Shown: piece by piece, positions 57,444 to 64,000 of the stretch | How positions within the stretch are numbered: position 1 is the first letter of the stretch | Layout of the letters: each line of letters begins with the position of its first letter | Source: Euryarchaeota archaeon UBA181 | GTDB lineage: Archaea > Thermoplasmatota > Poseidoniia > Poseidoniales > Thalassarchaeaceae | Length of the DNA: 64,000 nucleotides | Assembly (NCBI GenBank): GCA_002496725.1 | Contig: DALI01000049.1 | Location: forward strand, 1,772-65,771 | Reading direction: 5' to 3' | Program-made: the position numbers and the translations under genes | Notes under the pieces: model-generated | The model's database searches: none | What the model was told of the DNA's origin: nothing | The model's input: only the letters and a program-made list of their open reading frames with translations

Positions 57444-58268
57444 ATGGGATTACTAGAGAAGGCAGGGAAGATTTCAGACGAAGAGAAGAAAGAAGAGCCA
57501 GCACCAGTCGCTACTCCAGTTAAGGCGGATCCAGCACCAGTTACAAAAAAATCGAAGGCTTCAAGGAAAAAAAGTGCGAAGGCCCCCAAGAAAGTAGCTC
57601 CAAAGAAACCCAAGAAAACCAGGGCAAAGAGGCCGAAATCAGAACCCAAAGTCATACCTGAAGGGTTTGAGGAAGTTGTTGGTGCCAGGAGTTCTCTGAG
57701 GTTATTCATAGACTTCTCTGTCAATTTCGGTTTCATAATAGCAATATTCGTTGCTTTCGCGCTAATTGAGATTCCTACGACATTATTTCTCTCTGTAGCA
57801 TTACTTCTTTCCATCTTCAATTTGATAATAATGCCAATCAGGTTCAAACGCTCTATGGGGAATGTTATTTCCCGTACTCAGTTCATCAATTCAAGAGGTG
57901 ATAATGCAACATTCATTTATCATTCAATGAAAAATACCACACTTGCTTCCTATTTCATATTCCTGCTAGGTGTATTCTTCGGAATTTCTATGCTTGGGGA
58001 CAGCTCTGGAATCGAGGGTGGAGACTTTATGAATGCGTTCATAGCGATCTGTCTATCTACAATTTTGATCCCGCTTTTAGATTATATTTTCAGAAGGACA
58101 AGGGAAGACTCAATGGGCCTCTGGGAAGTTGCATTTGGAGGGATTTGGCTGGCTAAGGCGACTTCATCTCCAAGTGATAACTCGAAATCGAGATTCATGC
58201 AGAGGCTAGAATCGATGGCCGACTATGCTGAGTCTAGAGTTGATCTTGATGACGAGACTGAGGACTAA
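57444..58268 (+). CDS. Membrane protein with a Lys/Pro-rich N-terminus (RDD-like)
   Basis: Lys-rich low-complexity segment, then RLFIDF and about 4 TM helices. Confidence 0.65.
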   Translation: MGLLEKAGKISDEEKKEEPAPVATPVKADPAPVTKKSKASRKKSAKAPKKVAPKKPKKTRAKRPKSEPKVIPEGFEEVVGARSSLRLFIDFSVNFGFIIAIFVAFALIEIPTTLFLSVALLLSIFNLIIMPIRFKRSMGNVISRTQFINSRGDNATFIYHSMKNTTLASYFIFLLGVFFGISMLGDSSGIEGGDFMNAFIAICLSTILIPLLDYIFRRTREDSMGLWEVAFGGIWLAKATSSPSDNSKSRFMQRLESMADYAESRVDLDDETED

Positions 58269-59324
58269 TCACTCATTCTCTTCAATCCTCTGCTTGGCTA
58301 ACTCACGCATATCTTCGTGATGTACCCCTCCGTCTATCGCTTCTTGGTCAGACTCATCAACAATCTCGACCCCAAGGAGCGTCTCAATGACATCCTCCAT
58401 AGTGACGAGTCCCTCAGTGCCTCCGAACTCATCTTCAACGATCAGTATCTGTGACTTGGTCTCCAAGAGAATATCCAACGCCCTATCTACAGAATCGTCA
58501 TGCTTACAGACGTTTACCGGCCTACATATCTCTGACATCTTCTTATCATAGTCATCAACTGCCGCTCTCCTTAGTATCTCACTCCTTAGAACCACTCCTC
58601 TGAGATCATCGATATTGCCGCCAGTAACTGGCATCCTTCCATGAATCATTATTGGAATCCTCTCTAAAACATCAGACACCGTATCATCTGTTGATACTGA
58701 TGTAACGACTACTCTTGGAGTCATGATGTCACTAACCATTATTTCCCTGAGTCTTAGTAAGTTCTGGATAACTGCCTCCTCGTCCTCTTCGATTACGTCT
58801 GTCTCTTCGGCGATATCGGCCAATACCGATAGTTCATCTCTTGTCACCGTCTCTGTTTCTACTGCTGGTAAGAGCGATCTCGTTATCTCTATTGGTTTCA
58901 CTATTATCCACAGTGCGAACATCATTCCCTTCAGCACTCTAGCCGAGGGTACAGTGAGCTTCCTCCAATACAACGCACCTATTGTTTTTGGAAGTATTTC
59001 ACTGAGTAGTAGTATTGCCAACGTCAAAACTGCCGCCGCTGCATGTACAATCATTCCGCCGCCAAATTGTGTTTGGACTTCTGCCCCCACACCTAACGCT
59101 CCGACTGTGTGCGCTATTGTATTCAGGGTGAGAATAGCTGTCAGTGGCCTTTCTGGATCGTCTTTCCACTGTGACCATAAGTCGCTTACCTTCGGATGAG
59201 TATCTTTCAGGGCCGCTATATGTCCATGGCTCGTCGACAGTAGAACCGCTTCGAGAATGCTGCATAAGAATGAGGCTCCAAGGGCTAAGCCAGAGTAGGC
59301 TAAAATTAGTGTGTAGTCTACCAA
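58269..59324 (-). CDS. CNNM/CorB-family (DUF21 + CBS) metal transporter
   Basis: SFLCSILEAVLLS, ILTLNTIAHTVGA, SEILPKT, IMTPR and DEFGGTEGLVTMED motifs. Confidence 0.9.
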   Translation of the reverse strand: MVDYTLILAYSGLALGASFLCSILEAVLLSTSHGHIAALKDTHPKVSDLWSQWKDDPERPLTAILTLNTIAHTVGALGVGAEVQTQFGGGMIVHAAAAVLTLAILLLSEILPKTIGALYWRKLTVPSARVLKGMMFALWIIVKPIEITRSLLPAVETETVTRDELSVLADIAEETDVIEEDEEAVIQNLLRLREIMVSDIMTPRVVVTSVSTDDTVSDVLERIPIMIHGRMPVTGGNIDDLRGVVLRSEILRRAAVDDYDKKMSEICRPVNVCKHDDSVDRALDILLETKSQILIVEDEFGGTEGLVTMEDVIETLLGVEIVDESDQEAIDGGVHHEDMRELAKQRIEENE

Positions 59325-59434
59325 CTATCTTTCCTCACATTTAGCGAAATTTAAACACGCGCGCAACACGAATGACTGCTCCTGAACCTCTTACGACCGA
59401 TTGCGACATAAATAGGTGACTGACCGCTAGACAT

Positions 59435-61636
59435 ATGTCGCAGGCCGAATATGTCACCATTTTCATGGCGTGGCCTTATGTGAACGCCCCCCTACATCTG
59501 GGTCACGTAGCTGGAAACTGCTTACCTGCGGATATTCAATACAGGTACGAAAGGGCCAGAGGCAGAAGGGTATTGATGTGCAGTGGCTCCGATGAGCACG
59601 GTACTCCAATAACAATCACGGCTGAGCAACTAGGCGTCTCTCCCCAAGAGGTCGTGGACAAATATCATGATCTTGCTTTGAAATCCCTTACTGACTTAGG
59701 TTGTGCATGGACTCAGAATGTTGATAGAAGAGGGATAGAATACGGCGGTGCATTGTATAACAGAACCTCTGACTCAAGACACAAAGAACTTGTCCGTGAT
59801 GTTTTCTCAGATTTACTTGAGTCAGAACTTCTAGTTAAGCAGACAATGAAGCAATATTGTTCTATTTCAGGTGAAAATATTAGATTCCTTCCAGACAGGT
59901 ATGTGGAAGGAACATGCCCGGTTTGTGAAGCGGCTGGTGCTAGGGGGGACCAATGTGATGAATGTGGGTCAACTTATGAGGCCCATGAGCTAATCAGTCC
60001 GTTCTCTAAGCTTGACCCTGAAGCAACTATTGAGGTCAGGGATACAGATCATTTCTTCTTTAGATTAGATATGTTTCAGGAAAGCTTAGAGAAGCACTCT
60101 TCCTTGAGAGATTCTGTTTGGAAGCCCAATGTTAGATCCATGACAAGAAACTGGCTCAATATGGGCCTCAGGCCTAGAGCTGTAACAAGGGATATTGAGT
60201 GGGGGATAGACCTTCCCCTAGAGGGTTCTGAATGGTCTTCAAAGAGTATCTATGTCTGGTTCGAGGCAGTTCAGGGCTATTACACATGTGCGAGAATTTG
60301 GTCTGAAAGGTTTGCCGCGAGTAACAATCACCCAGATGGTAAATCAGCATGGGAGAATTGGTGGAGAAAATCCAAGGATGGAAAGTCTCCGAGACATATC
60401 TACTTCATGGGTAAAGATAACATTCCATTCCATACTGTAATCTGGCCAGCACTGATTATGGGGATGAATGCTTCAGAAAATAATGCTAGCATTACCAATG
60501 AGATATCTCCTGGCAATCTTGTCCTAGAGTCGAACGTTTCATCCAATGAGTACCTTATGTTGCAAGGAGGGCAGTTCAGCAAGAGTAGAAAGCACGCCGT
60601 ATGGCTTCCTGCATTCTTGGAAAGGTACGATGCCGACTGCTTGAGATATTATCTATCCATCAATATGCCGGAAACACACGATACCGACTTCAAGTGGAGA
60701 GATTTTGTGGAGAGGGTGAATAATGAGTTGATAGGAACTTATGGTAACTTTGTGCATAGAGTGATGACACTAACTCACAGATTATCCAATCAGGATGGAA
60801 ACCCTTTGGTTCCCTATGATAATCTGAACGATCATTCCGATTTAATTTCATCTTGCCAAGAGTTGATCTCTTCAGCCATAAACTCAATGGAAAGACAGAG
60901 ATTCAAAGAGGCTCTAAGGTCAATAATGTCTATCGCACAGCTAGGAAATCAACTTCTCCAGCACGCCGCCCCTTGGAAGCATCTTAACTCTGAAGAGTCT
61001 CCAGAGAAGAGTCATTCCCTCTCTGCTCTTGCAATGTCTTGGAGACTTTGTAGAACCCTGGCAATATGCACTATGCCCTTCATGCCGTTCCAATCTGAGA
61101 GGGTATGGCAAATGTTGGGAGGGTCCGATGATTTGGAAAATACACTCTGGGATGATGCCCTTGACTTCACTGGAGATATGGGTTGGAATGAATCTAGTCC
61201 CGAACCCCTATTCTCAAGGTTAGATCTTGATGAAATATTAACTTATGAGATGTCTCTAGCCAATGATATTAGTGATGACCCCCTCGAGAATGATGATAAG
61301 GAGGGCGGTTACATAGATTTTGAAGATTTCATGAAGGTTGAAATGAAGACTGGAAAGGTAATTTCTGTCGAAGAGCACCCCAATGCAGACAAGCTGTATG
61401 TAGTAACAATCCAAGATGGCCCAGATTCCACTAGAACGGTTTGTGCAGGTCTAAAAGAGCATTATGATCCTAGTGATTTAGAGGGCCTTAATGTCATATT
61501 CGTAGCTAATCTCGAGCCAAGAAAACTAAGAGGCGTATTGTCTGAAGGAATGCTTCTTGCCGCAGATGATGGAGATGGAAATGTCAGTATTCTGACCACA
61601 AAAGGAGAAATTGAATCTGGATCCACGGTAAGATAA
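59435..61636 (+). CDS. metG: Methionine--tRNA ligase with a C-terminal tRNA-binding OB domain
   Basis: PYVNAPLHLGH, Zn knuckles, GKDNIPFH, QFSKS and HPNADKL motifs. Confidence 0.97.
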   Translation: MSQAEYVTIFMAWPYVNAPLHLGHVAGNCLPADIQYRYERARGRRVLMCSGSDEHGTPITITAEQLGVSPQEVVDKYHDLALKSLTDLGCAWTQNVDRRGIEYGGALYNRTSDSRHKELVRDVFSDLLESELLVKQTMKQYCSISGENIRFLPDRYVEGTCPVCEAAGARGDQCDECGSTYEAHELISPFSKLDPEATIEVRDTDHFFFRLDMFQESLEKHSSLRDSVWKPNVRSMTRNWLNMGLRPRAVTRDIEWGIDLPLEGSEWSSKSIYVWFEAVQGYYTCARIWSERFAASNNHPDGKSAWENWWRKSKDGKSPRHIYFMGKDNIPFHTVIWPALIMGMNASENNASITNEISPGNLVLESNVSSNEYLMLQGGQFSKSRKHAVWLPAFLERYDADCLRYYLSINMPETHDTDFKWRDFVERVNNELIGTYGNFVHRVMTLTHRLSNQDGNPLVPYDNLNDHSDLISSCQELISSAINSMERQRFKEALRSIMSIAQLGNQLLQHAAPWKHLNSEESPEKSHSLSALAMSWRLCRTLAICTMPFMPFQSERVWQMLGGSDDLENTLWDDALDFTGDMGWNESSPEPLFSRLDLDEILTYEMSLANDISDDPLENDDKEGGYIDFEDFMKVEMKTGKVISVEEHPNADKLYVVTIQDGPDSTRTVCAGLKEHYDPSDLEGLNVIFVANLEPRKLRGVLSEGMLLAADDGDGNVSILTTKGEIESGSTVR

Positions 61637-61643
61637 TCTCTAT

Positions 61644-62201
61644 TCATAATGGCTTGTCAAAGAATTCCCACTGTAAATTAGCTAATTCTTCATTAGTTTC
61701 GGCCTCTGCATATGCATCAAGGGGAACTCTATTCAATTCTAGAAAGGTTTCACCATAAGGCAGGCAGGATAGTATTCTTCTTGCTTGCTCTTTCCTTCCC
61801 AGAATATGTAATGATGAAGCGAAAGCTTCTGCTGTAGAGAGCCTACCGGGTTTACCCCATGATATTGGGTTTGCCGCTAGTAGCACTGGAAGCGTTCTGC
61901 CTTCCAACTTCGTATACTTAGAAATCGAGTCCAATGATTCTTCAAGCTTCTTCCATGAACAATCCAGTGCAACTATGGCCCCACCTCTTGATATTGTTCT
62001 CAAATCATCCGGGCCCATCAATATCCCACTCGAAGGATCAAGTAAGAATCCCCTTCTTGGCGCCCCTCGAGTTCTTTTATGCAGTATTACATGCCCATTC
62101 TTGGACAGTCTCCTAGCACTGCACTTCTTGGGGTCGTCCTGATCGAGGTGTATGACATGCAGAGGGATGTCCTCCAGATCATTCTTTGGCGAGGAACTCA
62201 T
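61644..62201 (-). CDS. tsr3: rRNA aminocarboxypropyltransferase
   Basis: DPKKCS, LDCSW, LPVLLAANP and LSTAEA motifs. Confidence 0.93.
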   Translation of the reverse strand: MSSSPKNDLEDIPLHVIHLDQDDPKKCSARRLSKNGHVILHKRTRGAPRRGFLLDPSSGILMGPDDLRTISRGGAIVALDCSWKKLEESLDSISKYTKLEGRTLPVLLAANPISWGKPGRLSTAEAFASSLHILGRKEQARRILSCLPYGETFLELNRVPLDAYAEAETNEELANLQWEFFDKPL

Positions 62202-62664
62202 CAAGTGCATCTCCTATTGTCAAGCCTCTGCTAGTAGGGGTTTTGACAGATCTCTCAGGTTCTGAAAGTCCGTCCTCGAAAAGAGTGATATCAAGTGCCT
62301 TTTCTATCTTCTTGAGTACTGAATCAGAGGGCTGAACGCCAGCCTCGGCCTTCTGGACATCATTTAGTCGAAGGTTCATTCTCTTAGCTAAATCACGTGT
62401 ACTCCATCCCTTCGACTCTCTGGCCACCTTAATTCTAGAGTGAAAATTTAGGGCTACTTCCTTCTCCGTCTTGGAGATATTTCGCGTATATGTCCTAGTT
62501 CTTTCCGCTTCCGTACTAACATTTGTAGAAACATGTGTTCTTCTTTCTAAAACTGTTAGATTATTGGATTCGATGCATCTTGGGCAACATCTAAGTTTCG
62601 CACCAGAAATTTCTGAAAGCAATGTCGAAACCCTATCTGTCCCACACATCTCACATGTACCCAT
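62179..62664 (-). CDS. mbf1: Archaeal multiprotein bridging factor MBF1
   Basis: CEMCG..C..C Zn ribbon, HTH (ARESKGWS..DLAK) and LTIGD; divergent from PAN. Confidence 0.88.
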   Translation of the reverse strand: MGTCEMCGTDRVSTLLSEISGAKLRCCPRCIESNNLTVLERRTHVSTNVSTEAERTRTYTRNISKTEKEVALNFHSRIKVARESKGWSTRDLAKRMNLRLNDVQKAEAGVQPSDSVLKKIEKALDITLFEDGLSEPERSVKTPTSRGLTIGDALDEFLAKE

Positions 62665-62734
62665 GGTAACTCCACGCAAGCACTCCAACATATGGGTTGG
62701 GGTTATTTGAAATGAAATACCCCTTGCGTGGCAT

Positions 62735-63949
62735 ATGGCTACAGGTTCTGAAACGCATCGCTCAGATGATATTCCATCTAGCTCAGCTATTTCCAACTTA
62801 CAATCAGAAATGAAGGATCTCTCTGAAACTGCCCAGCAATTACTCACAGATAAGCTTCTTTTGGAAAATGAAATTACACAGGTAAAGAAAAGAGCTAGCA
62901 GACTTGAAGATGAGATTCGCAATCTTAGAACCCCTCCTATGATAATTGGTCACTTGCAAGACCTGACAGAAGATGGCGCCATAGTAAGAAGCTCCAATGG
63001 TACTGTATTCCTAGTCTCGGTAAATCCTAGAATAGACAAGTCTCTTCTAATTCCAGGGTCGAGAGTCGCACTAAATCAAGATACACTTTCCGTGATTGAG
63101 GTTATGTCCGACTCTTGGGATCCATTGGTAGTGACTTCGGAGATCATCGAAAAACCATCAGTCACATACGATGACATAGGAGGCCTTGAAGATCAAATTC
63201 TCGAGATCCGCGAGGCCGTTGAGCTTTCATTCACCAATCCGGGTGACTTTGAGAAATTTTCAATTGATCCTCCCAAGGGTGTTCTTCTAACTGGGCCACC
63301 TGGAACCGGTAAGACACTTCTGGCGAAAGCTGTGGCCAATTCTACAAATGCTGTTTTCCTAGGACTTGTCGCTTCTGAGCTAGCACAGAAGTATATCGGT
63401 GAAGGAGGAAGACTGGTAAGGGAGATATTTGATTTAGCTCGGAAGAAAGCTCCGGCAATAGTTTTCATAGACGAACTAGATGCAATAGGCTCTAAGAGAC
63501 TTGATGGCTCAACTTCTGGTGATCGAGAGGTTCAAAGAACTCTTATGCAACTACTGTCGGAACTAGATGGTTTTGAGCCTTTAGAAGATGTTAAAATCAT
63601 AGCCGCCACAAATAGGCCAGAGCTTCTCGACGCAGCTCTACTGAGGCCGGGAAGATTTGATAGAATTGTCGAAATCCCCCTTCCAGACGAGGAAGGAAGA
63701 CTATCTATTCTGAATGTACACACTAAGAAAACACCTATATCTAGCAAGATTAGCTTAGAAGATATCGCCTCTAAGACCGAGGGATTTAACGGTGCTGAAA
63801 TCAAGTCTCTAGTTGTGGAAGCTGGCGTGAGTGCCATATCGAAAGGCCGGGATAAAATTTCGAAAGCCGATTTCGATAATTCCTTGGATAAGCTTTCGAA
63901 AAATAAGGAAAAGGGCAAAATCGATAACTCCTCTGGACTTTATGATTGA
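62735..63949 (+). CDS. pan: Proteasome-activating nucleotidase
   Basis: Coiled coil + OB domain, GPPGTGKT, IDELD, RPGRFDR and C-terminal HbYX (LYD). Confidence 0.95.
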   Translation: MATGSETHRSDDIPSSSAISNLQSEMKDLSETAQQLLTDKLLLENEITQVKKRASRLEDEIRNLRTPPMIIGHLQDLTEDGAIVRSSNGTVFLVSVNPRIDKSLLIPGSRVALNQDTLSVIEVMSDSWDPLVVTSEIIEKPSVTYDDIGGLEDQILEIREAVELSFTNPGDFEKFSIDPPKGVLLTGPPGTGKTLLAKAVANSTNAVFLGLVASELAQKYIGEGGRLVREIFDLARKKAPAIVFIDELDAIGSKRLDGSTSGDREVQRTLMQLLSELDGFEPLEDVKIIAATNRPELLDAALLRPGRFDRIVEIPLPDEEGRLSILNVHTKKTPISSKISLEDIASKTEGFNGAEIKSLVVEAGVSAISKGRDKISKADFDNSLDKLSKNKEKGKIDNSSGLYD

Positions 63950-64000
63950 TAGGCAATCCTAATCTCTTAATCGCTATCGGACATCATGGGCGAACCACTG

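Noticed and set aside
62665-62922. Long N-terminal extension of MBF1
   Set aside because: It overlaps PAN antisense; the real start is ATG 62664 before CEMCG.

Overview
Gene-dense archaeal housekeeping region with about 55 CDS and many short gene overlaps. I saw no tRNA, rRNA, CRISPR array or mobile element. Archaeal informational genes, a TSP3-repeat surface protein, an IDI1-GGPP synthase fusion, a bacterial-type thiolase and a long Lhr suggest Thermoplasmatota, probably Marine Group II/Poseidoniales (inference). Contents: a PGF-CTERM TSP3 surface protein and its archaeosortase, aIF5A, SRP54, TrkAH, RFC-L, GlyRS/ProRS/MetRS, Lhr, GmhA/GmhB, TiaS, the proteasome-exosome superoperon, rps12-rps7-EF2, isoprenoid genes, futalosine-pathway genes (mqnE/A/D), PriS, Tsr3, MBF1 and PAN. 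The main finding is a 159-aa HEAT protein (53782..54261). It resembles exactly one half of eukaryotic deoxyhypusine hydroxylase (DOHH), with both His-Glu motifs and the SVDPAPP linker, so it is a candidate homodimeric archaeal DOHH; its putative substrate aIF5A is in the same window. Two genes (mqnA, trmY) appear to start at non-canonical codons (ATC, CTG). All assignments come from motif recognition by eye; no searches were run.
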